This document shows, piece by piece, positions 50,831 through 61,627 of a stretch of DNA of 64,000 bases (its first letter is position 1; every line of letters starts with the position of its first letter). A program made the position numbers and the translations under genes. The notes below the pieces were generated by a model. The model did not search any database. It was not told the origin of the DNA and saw nothing but the letters and a program-made list of their open reading frames with translations. Source of the DNA: Candidatus Wolfebacteria bacterium RIFOXYD12_FULL_48_21 (GTDB taxonomy: Bacteria; Patescibacteriota; Minisyncoccia; UBA6257; UBA9933); contig MGIW01000003.1 in NCBI GenBank assembly GCA_001793945.1, positions 129,630 through 193,629 on the forward strand, read 5' to 3'.

Positions 50831-51130
50831 AAATCTACACCTCTTCTTTGTCCCATTATACCTAATATGCTCTTTGGGGCAACTTTGCGTATGAGATGTG
50901 AGGTAGGGGGTGTGAGGTATGAGGTGGGAGGGGGGGGAGGGGGTATAAAGTATAAGGTATACGGTATACGGTATGGGGGGGGAGGGGAAGAAAAAAAGAG
51001 ATGAGAGGTGAGAGATAAGAGGGGGAGGAGAGATAAGGGGGAATTTCTAATTACTAATTTTTAATTTCTAAATAAAATACTGGATCCCGGCCTCCGCCGG
51101 GATGACAATGCAAAATATTGGATTCCTATT
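50831..51130. repeat. Purine-rich low-complexity and hairpin repeat block
   Basis: ggtataaagtataaggtatacggtatacggtatgggg, gagataagag tracts, and ctggatcccggcctccgccgggatgacaatgc. Confidence 0.6.
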
Positions 51131-51287
51131 TTTTTGCTTTCGCATAAAGCTACAGCAGGGCAATGCGCGGGAATGACGGTGCCAAATGGGGTGTATTTTT
51201 ATTCCTATTGACACGGTTTTTAAATCCATTACTATATATCACAAATAAAGGTCATATTGTATTATTTTTACATACCAGACATTTTAA

Positions 51288-51527
51288 ATGGCACAAGAAA
51301 GTGTTGCGACTCCTACGCAGAATTATTTGGAGAACGAAGACCTTGTCTTCGAAATAGGTGACGAGGAAATTGAGACGAAGAAAAAGCGTGGCGATGACGA
51401 TCATGTCGGATACGGTCAGGAAGCCGAACCGGCCGATGATGATATCGTCTCGGGCGACGAGGAAGATGTAGAGCTTGAAGAGTTTTCCGGCTTCGATTGG
51501 GCCGACGAAGAAGACATCGTTGAATAA
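51288..51527 (+). CDS. Small highly acidic hypothetical protein
   Basis: 79 aa, D/E-rich, followed by an intrinsic terminator (51533-51563). Confidence 0.3.
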   Translation: MAQESVATPTQNYLENEDLVFEIGDEEIETKKKRGDDDHVGYGQEAEPADDDIVSGDEEDVELEEFSGFDWADEEDIVE

Positions 51528-51589
51528 GCCTTAAAAAAAGACGCTTTACTGCGTCTTTTTTTGTGCCTTTCTTTTAATTTTAGTACACT

Positions 51590-51900
51590 AATAAGGGGTA
51601 ATTTTAAATTTATAATTTATAATTTTTAATGAGGATGCGGGGGGGATAATTTTAAATTTATAATTTTTAATGAGGATGCGGGATTCCCGCCTTCGCGGGA
51701 ATGATATACTCCCCGTATTGTCATCCCGTGCCACGACACGGGATCCAGTGTTTTCCGCGGTAGTAACATATGGATGTTCAGACTCTGGATACCGACCGGA
51801 GTTTATCCCGTACTTGATACGGGACCCACATTCGGTATGACAAGGCGGGGGAAAATAACCTATAACCGATAACCTATAACGGGATGCGGGAGGATACTAA
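51590..51900. repeat. Hairpin repeat block (ggattcccgccttcgcgggaatgata, tgtcatcccgtgccacgacacgggatccag, TAACYRATAAC)
   Basis: Shared modules. 51700-51760 is near-identical to 26855-26905. Confidence 0.6.
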
Positions 51901-51959
51901 TAACAAAAATTGATAAAAATAATTGACTTTTAAAGCTCTTTGCTGTGTAATTCCATTCT

Positions 51960-54047
51960 ATGCCAAAAACAACTCACGCTAAAAAGGCAGTCGATCATGT
52001 GCGCCGGAATCTTATTATTAAGATTTCCGCCATTGCCGTTATTCTTTTTGCATCACTTGGAACCTTCGGGGTCATCCACATTGCCCGTATCGCAAAACAA
52101 CTTCCCGATCCTGAAAAGTCCGGCGGGTGGCAAATGCAGGAATCGACAAAACTCTACGACCGCACCGGCGAGATTCTTTTATACGAGATCAACGCAGAGG
52201 GAAAGCGCACTGTCATCCCTTATGATCAAATACCCAATCGTGTGAAGCAGGCGACTGTCGCCATAGAAGACAGTGGTTTTTATACGCATTCCGCCATCGA
52301 TATCAGTGGCATTTTTCGTGCGTTTTTTATAAATACCCTCAGTGGCGAAATAAGCCAGGGCGCTTCGACCATCACCCAACAGTTGGCAAAAAATGCCTTT
52401 CTTTCGCCGGAACGAACCTACACCCGTAAGATCAACGAGATCATTCTTGCTTTTTGGATTGAACGCTATTATACAAAAGACGAAATTCTTAATCTTTATT
52501 TAAACCAGATCGCATATGGCGCGGGAGCGAACGGTATAGAAGCCGCCGCACAGACTTATTTCGGAAAGTCCGCGAAGGATCTTTCCCTTCTTGAATCGGC
52601 CACGCTTGCCGCCATCGTTCAACGCCCCAGCTATTATTCCCCATGGGGTTCCCATAAGGGCGATTTGCTTAAGCGAAAAGATCGCGTCTTGGAAGAAATG
52701 TATGCCGCCGGCCATATTACCCAAAAGGAACGCGATGCCAATCTTAAAGTATCGCCCCGTTTTCTTGAACAAAATATCGGATCCATAAAGGCTGCTCATT
52801 TTTCCATGGCGGTGCGTGACTATTTGTTGAATAAATATGGAGAAGATATTATCAACAAAAGGGGATTAAAGGTCATTACCACACTCGATTATGACCTGCA
52901 GCAAATTGCCGAACGCGCAGTAAAGGATGGTGCGGCACGCAATACCGAACTCTATCAAGGACACAATGCTTCCCTGGTTGCAGAAGATCCAAAAACGGGC
53001 CAAGTACTTGCGCTTGTTGGTTCTGCCGATTACTTCGACGAAACCATCGATGGCAATTTCAATGTCGCCACTCAGGGACTTCGCCAACCGGGTTCGTCTA
53101 TTAAGCCGTTTGCCTATATGACAGCTTTCCAAAAAGGATACACTCCCGAAACCCTTTTGTTTGATGTGTCTACCGAGTTTGATACAAGCGGCACGGTAAG
53201 TTACCGCCCGGAAAACTACGATCATTCCTACCGCGGGCCTATCAATATGCGCAACTCGCTTGCGCAATCCATCAATGTTACCGCAGTAAAGACCCTTTAT
53301 CTTGCGGGTATTAACGACACGATCAAAAATGCATTTGATTTCGGTCTTACCACATTGACCGACCCAAACCGCTACGGCCTTTCGTTTGTTCTTGGCGGTG
53401 GGGAAATCCGTCTTATCGACATGGTCGGTGCCTATTCCGTGCTTTCTCAAGACGGCATAAAACACCAACAGGCTTTTGTTTTGAGTGTTACCGACGAACA
53501 GGGGAGTGTTTTGGAAAAATATCTCGACAGATCAACACAGATCATCGACTCCCGCTATCCGCGTATGGTCAACGATATTCTTTCCGACCCCGTTGCGCGG
53601 AGACCTCTTTTTGAAAGTAGTTTTGATTTGACCGTATTTCCTGATCGCGATGTAGCCCTAAAAACCGGAACCACCAACGACTACCGCGATGCGTGGGTAT
53701 TTGGCTATACGCCTTCATTGGTCGTTGGCGTGTGGGCGGGAAACAATAATAATGCCCCAATGCAACAAAGTGGCGGCAGTATTCTTGCGGCGGTTCCTAT
53801 TTGGAATACATTTATGACCGAGGCACTTCCTAAATTTCCTACAGAAACCTTTACCCGACCGGAAGCTGTTTCCGTGTCAAAACCCATGTTTGACGGAAAT
53901 TACCGTTCAAACGGAGAAGTGCATTCCATTCTTCATTATGTTGATCGGGAAGATCCTACCGGTTCCATGCCCAGCAACCCTGCACAGGATCCCCAATACA
54001 ACCTCTGGGAAGCGCCTGTACGCGCTTGGGCTAATATAAACCTATAA
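51960..54047 (+). CDS. Class A penicillin-binding protein (bifunctional glycosyltransferase/transpeptidase, PBP1A-type)
   Basis: GT51 motifs (AIEDSGFYTHSAIDISG, GASTITQQLAKN) and transpeptidase motifs SSIKPF and KTGTTND. Confidence 0.8.
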   Translation: MPKTTHAKKAVDHVRRNLIIKISAIAVILFASLGTFGVIHIARIAKQLPDPEKSGGWQMQESTKLYDRTGEILLYEINAEGKRTVIPYDQIPNRVKQATVAIEDSGFYTHSAIDISGIFRAFFINTLSGEISQGASTITQQLAKNAFLSPERTYTRKINEIILAFWIERYYTKDEILNLYLNQIAYGAGANGIEAAAQTYFGKSAKDLSLLESATLAAIVQRPSYYSPWGSHKGDLLKRKDRVLEEMYAAGHITQKERDANLKVSPRFLEQNIGSIKAAHFSMAVRDYLLNKYGEDIINKRGLKVITTLDYDLQQIAERAVKDGAARNTELYQGHNASLVAEDPKTGQVLALVGSADYFDETIDGNFNVATQGLRQPGSSIKPFAYMTAFQKGYTPETLLFDVSTEFDTSGTVSYRPENYDHSYRGPINMRNSLAQSINVTAVKTLYLAGINDTIKNAFDFGLTTLTDPNRYGLSFVLGGGEIRLIDMVGAYSVLSQDGIKHQQAFVLSVTDEQGSVLEKYLDRSTQIIDSRYPRMVNDILSDPVARRPLFESSFDLTVFPDRDVALKTGTTNDYRDAWVFGYTPSLVVGVWAGNNNNAPMQQSGGSILAAVPIWNTFMTEALPKFPTETFTRPEAVSVSKPMFDGNYRSNGEVHSILHYVDREDPTGSMPSNPAQDPQYNLWEAPVRAWANINL

Positions 54048-54062
54048 CGACTTCGTTCGTAA

Positions 54063-54092
54063 TAAAAAATCTCCTTAGCGGGAGATTTTTTA
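54063..54092. terminator. Bidirectional intrinsic terminator aaaaaatctccttagcgggagatttttt between the PBP gene and dnaN
   Basis: Perfect 6-bp stem flanked by an A-run and a T-run. Confidence 0.55.
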
Positions 54093-54202
54093 CAGTCCTG
54101 TTCAGATGGTATGTAGTATGAGGTAGGTAGTATACAGTATGGATGTATAAGAGTTAAATAATTAGTATATACCAAATTATATACTTAATACCTTCTACTT
54201 CT

Positions 54203-55321
54203 TCATGTATTATTTATCGGCATGATGATATAGAAATAATCTTGCACATTCATCGGCCGTATGATCGCGGGTTTATTATCCCCATTTAGTCCGATCGTTA
54301 TATTTTCCGTTTCGATATTTTTTATACCATCAAATAGAAACTTCCAGTTAAATACGATTTCCATTGAATCACCTTTTATTTTTGCCGGTATCAGATACTG
54401 ATTTTCTCCCAATATTGGGTTTGCCGAGAATAATTCTATGTTTTTTACCCCTTCTTTTATGATAACCCTGATCTCATTCATCTTATCAGAGAAAGATCCT
54501 GTCAATTTCAACGCATTTACTAATTGATCCCTATTTACCGTAATTTCTATCGCTATTTCTTTTGGGATAATTGGCTGATAATCGGGAAAATCTCCATTTA
54601 TAACCCGGGAAACCAGTTCAAATTTATCAGTTCGGAATAATATTTGATTTAAATCGAAGTAAATAGATATTTTCTCTTCGTCTTTCTCCGACATAATCCT
54701 TACCAGTTCCTGTATGGTCTTTAGCGGAACGATCATCTTCAGCTTCTGTTCTATATTTGCCTTATAACTATTTTCATCGATTGTTCTTTCTGCAAGCCTA
54801 AAACTATCCGTAGCGGCAAACTTTATGATGTTTACCTGATAATCAAACAACACGCCACCCAGCTCCGGACGAATAGCGGAACCTTGACTCGCCATAACAA
54901 TAGACAGAAAGGTATCTTTCAATAATCCGCTTTCCATCTGTAAATATTCCCTTTCGTTCTCTATTTTCGGAATAATAGGGAACTCTTCTTTTTTTGTTCC
55001 CTGTATTTTCGCCTGATAATTCTCTGTTTTTATGACCAAATTGTTATTTTTAGTCTCCAAACTAACCCGCTCGCTCTCAAGATTATTAATGATCGACGAA
55101 AGAATACTCAATGGAACCGTTATACTCCCATCTTTGATGACTTTTGCCGGAATAACACTCGATATCGCCATTTCAAGATTCGTTACCGAAAACTTTATTT
55201 TATTTTCATGTGTTTCTATAAGGCAGTTTTTCAGAATAGGGAGTGATGCATTTTCCGATCCGATTTTTCCGAGTGCAGTGATACCTTCTTTAAGGTTTGT
55301 TTTCAGTACGATGAGTTCCAT
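54203..55321 (-). CDS. dnaN: DNA polymerase III beta sliding clamp
   Basis: 372 aa with a three-domain beta-clamp pattern, directly downstream of dnaA. Confidence 0.85.
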   Translation of the reverse strand: MELIVLKTNLKEGITALGKIGSENASLPILKNCLIETHENKIKFSVTNLEMAISSVIPAKVIKDGSITVPLSILSSIINNLESERVSLETKNNNLVIKTENYQAKIQGTKKEEFPIIPKIENEREYLQMESGLLKDTFLSIVMASQGSAIRPELGGVLFDYQVNIIKFAATDSFRLAERTIDENSYKANIEQKLKMIVPLKTIQELVRIMSEKDEEKISIYFDLNQILFRTDKFELVSRVINGDFPDYQPIIPKEIAIEITVNRDQLVNALKLTGSFSDKMNEIRVIIKEGVKNIELFSANPILGENQYLIPAKIKGDSMEIVFNWKFLFDGIKNIETENITIGLNGDNKPAIIRPMNVQDYFYIIMPINNT

Positions 55322-55399
55322 AAAATAAAATTTGTTTGTAATGCATTCTTACTACTTCTGTTACTATAATATATTAAAAATAGTAGAAGCAGTAGTAGG

Positions 55400-55475
55400 G
55401 GTGTGGACAGTGTGGATAAGTGGATAATGGATAACAATAGAAACGGATTTATTTAATTCTGCAGTGTGGATAAAA
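55400..55475. promoter_or_regulatory. DnaA-box cluster in the dnaA-dnaN intergenic region (tgtggacag, tgtggataa, tggataatg, tgtggataa)
   Basis: Multiple matches to TGTGGATAA (complement TTATCCACA) within 75 bp. Confidence 0.6.
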
Positions 55476-55487
55476 AGCGGGAAAAAA

Positions 55488-56855
55488 TTATTTGCTGTTG
55501 ATAACTTCTTTAATGGAAGTTATCTTATTTCCCAGTTTTTGGTCCGAAGTCAATAATTTCGAGATTTTATCGCATGCGTGCATAACTGTTGAATGGTCTC
55601 TTTTCCCCATTTTATACCCGATATCCGAGTAGGACATCCCCAAGAGATCCTTCATAAGAAACATGGTGATCTGACGCGGTTCGACAACCTCCTTTCTTCT
55701 TCCCTGGTCGGTCAGTTCCTTTTCAGTCAGTTCAAAAAAGTTTGCAACTACCTGCATAACCTGATTTGGGGTTACATTTTTAAAGGAATGTTTGGTCGTT
55801 TTGTCGATAATTTCTTCAACAATGGATTTTGTAACCTCAATACCCTTCACATCCTGATAAAACATGATTTTTTTCAGGACGCCCTCTATTTCCCGAATGT
55901 TTCGTTGCATTTTTTCCGCAATGAACTCAGCCACTTGATCGGAAACGGTCATGCCCTCCTGTTCCAACTTCTTTTTAATGATAGCGAGGCGCATTTCATA
56001 GTCGGGATAGGATATATCCACGATCATGCCACTGCTAAAGCGGGAGCGAAGCCGTTCTTCAAGAATGGAGGTTTCGTGAGGTGGGCGATCGGAAGAAAGA
56101 ATAATCTGCTTATCGTTATCATACAGCGCATTGAATGTGTGAAAAAATTCCTCTTCACTTGCCGCCTTTCCTGCTATGAACTGAATATCGTCGATAATAA
56201 GTACATCTACCGAGCGGTATATGCGCTTCATATCTTCCATCCGCCTGTTTTTTATGGAAAAGACAATGTCATTTACGAACTTTTCCGACGGAATATATTT
56301 GACCTTAAGATTATTGCCATGGGTCTGGCGAATCTGATTTCCTATGGATTGCATCAAATGGGTCTTTCCAAGGCCGGAACCACCATAGATGAATAACGGG
56401 TTATATTTTTTACCCATATCCTTTATGACCGCAAGGGAAGCGGCATAGGCGAGTTCGTTTGAAGAGCCTACTATATATGACTTAAAGGTATATTTCGGGT
56501 GGAGGTTTGTTTCCGGGTCTATCTTAAATTCGTCAAAGGTGGCTTGTTGCGGAGCAGAGGAACGCTCCTTTTTGCTCTCTCCATGGGCTTTTTGAGACTC
56601 TGCGGGCAAGGAGGCTACCGTGTAGCGCACTTTTCTTACTGAGTCGTCAAGGGAAACAAGAATCTCGAAGATCGATTTGTGATATTTATTCTCTACCCAT
56701 TCCTTTGCGAAGTTATTGGAAAGCGCTATTACCAGCTCTCCGTCCGCCGATCGGTCGAGCAGCCTGCTGTTTTTGAACCAGGTCAAAAAGTTGGGCTGGG
56801 TCATTTGTATTTCGAGCTCCGCCAAGGCGGATTTCCAGAGTTGATCGAGTTCCAT
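55488..56855 (-). CDS. dnaA: Chromosomal replication initiator protein DnaA
   Basis: AAA+ motifs (PLFIYGGSGLGKTHL, Walker B VDVLIIDDIQF) and the C-terminal DNA-binding domain (…GRRKEVVEPRQITMFLMKDL…). Confidence 0.9.
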   Translation of the reverse strand: MELDQLWKSALAELEIQMTQPNFLTWFKNSRLLDRSADGELVIALSNNFAKEWVENKYHKSIFEILVSLDDSVRKVRYTVASLPAESQKAHGESKKERSSAPQQATFDEFKIDPETNLHPKYTFKSYIVGSSNELAYAASLAVIKDMGKKYNPLFIYGGSGLGKTHLMQSIGNQIRQTHGNNLKVKYIPSEKFVNDIVFSIKNRRMEDMKRIYRSVDVLIIDDIQFIAGKAASEEEFFHTFNALYDNDKQIILSSDRPPHETSILEERLRSRFSSGMIVDISYPDYEMRLAIIKKKLEQEGMTVSDQVAEFIAEKMQRNIREIEGVLKKIMFYQDVKGIEVTKSIVEEIIDKTTKHSFKNVTPNQVMQVVANFFELTEKELTDQGRRKEVVEPRQITMFLMKDLLGMSYSDIGYKMGKRDHSTVMHACDKISKLLTSDQKLGNKITSIKEVINSK

Positions 56856-57252
56856 AATAAATAACGGTTAACTAATAACTCATGACCCATAACGGAATGC
56901 AAAAATCCAAAATTTCAAAAGAAATATACGGATAAGGGTCGTTTCTTTAACTAATAAAATCATTATACAGATTTATAAAATTATAGCGAATAGTGTGGAA
57001 AAGTAAAAAAATGGGGAATAGGTGTGGATAACTCGTATACCCCGCATAAACACTGGGTAAAATCACTCTACCCATTGACACAATATGCGGGAAAAGTTTG
57101 TGATTAGACCATAAAAATAGTTGTCCAAGTAGTTATCCACATACCTACAAAATAGATAATTTTAAAATTTTAAATTTGAAGAAGAATGCGTCTGGGCTTC
57201 TGTGCTGGGGAGGGCTTGCATTTTCTAACCAATTCCGATATAGTAGACCATT
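56856..57252. promoter_or_regulatory. Candidate oriC: DnaA boxes (56994 tgtggaaaa, 57023 tgtggataa, 57133 ttatccaca) and an AT-rich unwinding region (57150-57185) between divergent dnaA and rpmH
   Basis: Canonical rnpA-rpmH / dnaA-dnaN arrangement with perfect DnaA boxes on both strands. Confidence 0.6.
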
Positions 57253-57399
57253 ATGTCAGTTACATACCAGCCAAACAAGCGAAAAAGAGCGCGAACCCAC
57301 GGGTTTTTGGAGCGCACCGCAACACCGGGTGGCCGCCGTGTTTTGGTAGCCCGCCGAAGGAAGGGGCGGAAGCAGTTGACCGTTAAAAAGGCCTCGTAA
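57253..57399 (+). CDS. rpmH: 50S ribosomal protein L34
   Basis: [44 protein letters not shown]. This ORF is not in the supplied track because it is shorter than the cutoff. Confidence 0.8.
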   Translation: MSVTYQPNKRKRARTHGFLERTATPGGRRVLVARRRKGRKQLTVKKAS

Positions 57400-57522
57400 A
57401 TAACGAAGGCCTTTTTTAAACCAATAAAATCGCAAATGGCATCAGGAGGAGGGCTCTTTTTATCCTCCTTCAGCCATTTGCGATTTTATTGTATACTATA
57501 CATTATAGACAGAACTCTTAGC

Positions 57523-57846
57523 ATGCTTGCAAAACGGTACAAGTTAAATATCGCGGAGTTTATCAAAAAAAGGCCTTCGTTTGTAAAAAAAGGCCCCTTT
57601 TTTGCGGTGAAAATAGCCGCAAACGGGCTTTCCTATAGCCGATTTGGGGTTGTGGTGGGAAAAAAGGTAGATAAGCGGGCTACGGAACGAAATAAGATCA
57701 AGCGTATGTTTTATGAAGCAATTCGCGTACGAAATCTGCAAAATATAGAAGGAAGAGATATTTTGATCATCGTTTATCCGGAAATTAACCAATTCGCACG
57801 GGAAGAAGTTATAAAACTGGTAAAAGAGTATGAGTTTGTGAAATAA
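57523..57846 (+). CDS. rnpA: RNase P protein component
   Basis: Immediately downstream of rpmH. Basic, with an RnpA-like pattern (…FGVVVGKKVDKRATERNKIKRMFYEAIR…). The start was chosen at MLAKRYKL. Confidence 0.65.
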   Translation: MLAKRYKLNIAEFIKKRPSFVKKGPFFAVKIAANGLSYSRFGVVVGKKVDKRATERNKIKRMFYEAIRVRNLQNIEGRDILIIVYPEINQFAREEVIKLVKEYEFVK

Positions 57847-58172
57847 AACACACGCCTTGCAAATCATCATCCGTTTCTCTGTCATTCCCGCCCGTTCGAT
57901 GGGCTTAGGGTAAAACTCCGGCGGGAATCCACCTCATTTTTAAATAAATATTTTTCCTACTTTTTTAGTAAAAGTAGGGCAAAAATCGCGAGCGAATAAA
58001 AATGACGGAATGGTCTCGTAAATTTCTTACGAAAACGAGAACTCGCCGTTGCTACGGCTCAAACAACTCGTTTTCTGTGGAAATTTATTCTCGCCCATTT
58101 GATCCGACATTTTCACAGGCTCGCATAAGGCAAACATACAGAAAGAAGCGCTTTCACGCTCCTTTCCAATAT

Positions 58173-58436
58173 CTAATCCCCGCAACCTTCATTGTAACGC
58201 GTTTTCGTGGCAATCGGATTTTTAATATCATTTCCGCCCTCCGTGGGTTCATACCCAAGGTCTCTAAGAATAGGATAAATATAGTGTCTTTCAGCGCCCA
58301 CGCTCGCCGATAGATCGCAATAGAGTTCTTTATCAGCAAAATAATCTTTTGTGAAAAATAAGATAATGATTAATGGAATAGAAAAAGCTATTCCGCACAG
58401 CAAAGATACAAATATTTTATTTAAAGTGGAATTCAT
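58173..58436 (-). CDS. Small hypothetical membrane protein
   Basis: ORF with N-terminal TM helix SLLCGIAFSIPLIIILFF. Confidence 0.2.
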   Translation of the reverse strand: MNSTLNKIFVSLLCGIAFSIPLIIILFFTKDYFADKELYCDLSASVGAERHYIYPILRDLGYEPTEGGNDIKNPIATKTRYNEGCGD

Positions 58437-58440
58437 AAAA

Positions 58441-58668
58441 TCATTTTGATTTAGGAGTTAATTGGAAAAAGAAACCAATAATTAATAGTATAATACCAAG
58501 CTTAAATTGAAAAGGGTTTTTAAAATATACAATTCCATATTGCGTGCCGCCATCAAGTCTTTCAAATGTTCCACCATCAGGAAAATCTCCTAAGGCATAA
58601 GTAATTAAGAGCGTTCCTGCGATGTTTAAAAATAAGCCTATATTATTAAGGGATAAATATTTGCGCAT
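58441..58668 (-). CDS. Small hypothetical membrane protein (two TM helices)
   Basis: ORF only. Confidence 0.2.
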   Translation of the reverse strand: MRKYLSLNNIGLFLNIAGTLLITYALGDFPDGGTFERLDGGTQYGIVYFKNPFQFKLGIILLIIGFFFQLTPKSK

Positions 58669-58709
58669 AATTCGGGTAGGCTTTATTTTTAAACATTTCC
58701 CTTTTAAAT

Positions 58710-60476
58710 TTACACCATCTGATAATGTATTTCGCGGACGCCTTTGAGGCTCTTTATTTTTAGCACCAGTTTTTCTGCTTTTCCGCTGTTGTCTATATCG
58801 CAGAGGATTTTGATGATGGGGAGCGATCCGCGTTGGGAGGGGTGAATGTGCGTGAGGTTGATGATGTTGATTCGCGCGCGGGATATGACGCTTGAAATAT
58901 CTTTCAGCATACCCACCCGATCATCCACGGTTATTTTTAGTTCGAGTTGCGGGCCTTTGCGCAATATAGATGTTTCCTGCCTGATCATTCTTCGAATGCG
59001 TTGTTTTGCCGATGATGTCTTTGCGAACTTCAGCCACGATTCCGATGGCTTTTTATTTTTTTGCACCAAAATATCCACCAGGTCTCCCGATTGTATTTGA
59101 TAATCAAGCGGAACTATTTTGTTGTTTATCTTTGCGCCTACGCAGCGGTCGCCTATTTCGCTGTGGATCTGATACGCAAAGTCTATGGGCGTCGAACCCG
59201 CGGGCAGATCGATGACTTCCCCTTTTGGCGTTATGGCAAAGACCCGATGCTTAAAGAAATCTATTTTCAGTGAGTTTACAAATTCCTCCGGATCCGTAAA
59301 ATCTTTTTGCCATTCGCGCAATTGATTGACCCAATTCAATTCGTCCTGCTTTGCTGAAATGTTTTTATTTCCTTCGATAAACTTTTTTGTCGTCTTAGCC
59401 TGGCTATATGCCCAGTGCGCGGCGATGCCGTGCTCCGCCGCATCGTGCATTTGTAATGTGCGGATCTGTATTTCCGTTATCTTTTTATCTTCACAAAATA
59501 CGGTCGTGTGCAGACTTTTGTATCCGTTCGGTTTCGGAAGTGCGATATAATCTTTAATCTTTCCGGGTAGTGGCGGCCACAGTTGGTGTACGATGCCGAG
59601 TGCGGCATAACATTCTTCCACCGTGGAAACAATCACACGCAACGCGACCAAATCGTAGATCTGGTCGAGGTTCATGTCGGAGCGTAGCAGTTTTTTATAC
59701 AGACTTGAAATGCGTTTTGCGCGGTAGTTGATCGCAATCGGTTTTATGTGCGCGTTTGCGAGTGCCGCCCGCAACACGGGTTCCACGCGCTCAAGATATG
59801 CGACGCGTTCGCTATATTTCTCTTCGACATTTTTTGTCATCCACTCGTGTTCTTCCGGATGCAGATACAAAAAAGTCAGGTCCTCGAGTTCGCCGGAAAG
59901 GTTTTGCATGCCGAGGCGATAGGCGAGCGGGGCATATATTTCGAGCGTTTCGAGCGCGATGCGTTTTTGTTTTAGCGGTGGCATGGCACCAAGTGTGCGC
60001 ATATTATGCAGTCGATCGGCAAGTTTGATAAAAACGACGCGCAGGTCTTCGCTGATCGCAAGAATCATTTTGCGCAAGTTTTCCGCTTGCTGGTTTACGC
60101 GATCCTTTTCCGTTTTTACCGATGTGCGGTATTTTAAATGGCCGAGTTTGGTGACGCCGTTTACTAAAAAAGAAACTTCTTCCCCAAACTCTTTTTTAAG
60201 TGTTTCGAGTTTGTAGGGCGTGTCTTCTACCGTGTCGTGTAAAAGCCCCGCCGCTATAGTGGTGGTGTCCATGTCCCATTCGGCAAGCGTGAGCGCGGTT
60301 TGGAATACATGGTTAAAATAGGGTTCCCCGGAGTTGCGCTTTTGCGGGGCGTGTTCCTTTTGTGCCGTTTGGAATGCCCTGCGTAAAAAATCCGTTTCTT
60401 CCGCGGATAACGCCCTGTGTTGTGTAATCGCTTGAGTCAAGGCTTCAAACGAGGATGTAGGTGGTTTAAGTGGCAT
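58710..60476 (-). CDS. rel: RelA/SpoT-homologue (p)ppGpp synthetase/hydrolase (HD, synthetase, TGS and ACT domains)
   Basis: HD motif GLLHDTVEDT, synthetase-domain pattern, and the C-terminal ACT domain. Confidence 0.8.
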   Translation of the reverse strand: MPLKPPTSSFEALTQAITQHRALSAEETDFLRRAFQTAQKEHAPQKRNSGEPYFNHVFQTALTLAEWDMDTTTIAAGLLHDTVEDTPYKLETLKKEFGEEVSFLVNGVTKLGHLKYRTSVKTEKDRVNQQAENLRKMILAISEDLRVVFIKLADRLHNMRTLGAMPPLKQKRIALETLEIYAPLAYRLGMQNLSGELEDLTFLYLHPEEHEWMTKNVEEKYSERVAYLERVEPVLRAALANAHIKPIAINYRAKRISSLYKKLLRSDMNLDQIYDLVALRVIVSTVEECYAALGIVHQLWPPLPGKIKDYIALPKPNGYKSLHTTVFCEDKKITEIQIRTLQMHDAAEHGIAAHWAYSQAKTTKKFIEGNKNISAKQDELNWVNQLREWQKDFTDPEEFVNSLKIDFFKHRVFAITPKGEVIDLPAGSTPIDFAYQIHSEIGDRCVGAKINNKIVPLDYQIQSGDLVDILVQKNKKPSESWLKFAKTSSAKQRIRRMIRQETSILRKGPQLELKITVDDRVGMLKDISSVISRARINIINLTHIHPSQRGSLPIIKILCDIDNSGKAEKLVLKIKSLKGVREIHYQMV

Positions 60477-60479
60477 GCT

Positions 60480-60690
60480 GTGATTGTATTACACCATATA
60501 GGGCAAGAAAAGGGAAGAAGGATAAGGGGGGGTATGGGGGAGGTATAAGGTATACGGTATGGAGTATACGGTATGGGCGGGGGGGTAAGGGGTGAGGTGT
60601 GAGGTGTGAGGTGGGAGATGAGGAAAAAGAGGGGGGTAGAGATATTTATACTCTGGATCCCGGCCTCCGCCGGGATGACAACCTCCCCTA
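60480..60690. repeat. Purine-rich low-complexity tract plus a ctggatcccggcctccgccgggatgaca hairpin module
   Basis: ggtataaggtatacggtatgg… and ggtgtgaggtgtgaggtgggagatgagg tracts. Confidence 0.55.
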
Positions 60691-60832
60691 CTACTGTCTG
60701 TTTATTACTCACAAAATTTACTTTTTGTCCGAAATGCGCGTTAGTGGAGCAAAAGTTGACATACCGTTCTTTATATGCCATAAAAAGAATAGACCTTATA
60801 CAGATTAATACTATGGAAATTGGAGGAATGCT

Positions 60833-61483
60833 ATGCAAACAATGTCACCGAGGGAGTTTTGCGTATTTTTGGGAGTGGTGGCGGCACTTATCGCAGGGTT
60901 TTGTTTTATGGGGGTGTATATACCCATCCCAAAATCACCTTTTGAGGCTGCGTTTTTCTTTGCCATTGTTGGGTCGCTTCTGTGGCTTTTTGCACGGGAG
61001 GTCGTGTGCGTTCCGCTGAAACGGTCATTTCTGGTGGACAAGGACGGCAAGGTGCTCGGCTACCACGATGTAAACAGATTTATGAGAACGCGCGTTTTGA
61101 AAGAGGTGGGTGCTAAGGTAGTGCCGCATGTGTTCTCGCGGGTCAAGGCGGCGCGCGCGATAGAGATCCCGATCGGTGCTCGGCTCCTAAAAGTAAGTCT
61201 GAGTGTGGAGGCCCTTGTGGATAGGGGGCGGCTGCAAGACTACTTTAATGCCTTTTTGATCGACTCATGGTCTGATCAGCCAGCTTTTCGGCTCGACAGA
61301 ATACTCAGGGGGTTTTTGTCGGAGCATGAAGGATGGATGCGCGGCACGGCCAGTTTGTGTTCGAAAGAGGAGGTCATTGAGGGGAAGCTTTTCGATTGGT
61401 TAAAAGAAAAACTTCCGCCCGTTGGGCTTGTGTGCGTATCGGCGGAGTGTTCCGTCGAAGAAGCACCGTATGTCATTTCCTGA
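60833..61483 (+). CDS. Membrane protein with 2 N-terminal TM helices and a bacterial-PH-like (bPH_2/DUF304-like) domain, paralogue 1 of 3
   Basis: Two TM helices, then FLVDKDGKVLGYHDVNRFMRTRVLKEVGAKVV…IEIPIGARLLKVSLSV. It has its own terminator at 61503-61532. Confidence 0.35.
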   Translation: MQTMSPREFCVFLGVVAALIAGFCFMGVYIPIPKSPFEAAFFFAIVGSLLWLFAREVVCVPLKRSFLVDKDGKVLGYHDVNRFMRTRVLKEVGAKVVPHVFSRVKAARAIEIPIGARLLKVSLSVEALVDRGRLQDYFNAFLIDSWSDQPAFRLDRILRGFLSEHEGWMRGTASLCSKEEVIEGKLFDWLKEKLPPVGLVCVSAECSVEEAPYVIS

Positions 61484-61627
61484 TTCACTATAGTGTGTGA
61501 GCCAAAGCCCGGGTATATCCCGGGCTTTTTTACGGCATAGTGTTTTGACATTTTACGCAGTACGCATTATAACATAATCAGACCGAAGTCTTTTATAAAC
61601 AAATAGTGAAAAGAAAGGGGGGGATAC

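Noticed and set aside
57186-57386. Track ORF 57186..57386 (66 aa) overlapping the rpmH region
   Set aside because: The +1 frame encodes a textbook L34 (57253-57399, [44 protein letters not shown]). The 66-aa ORF is an overlapping out-of-frame artefact.
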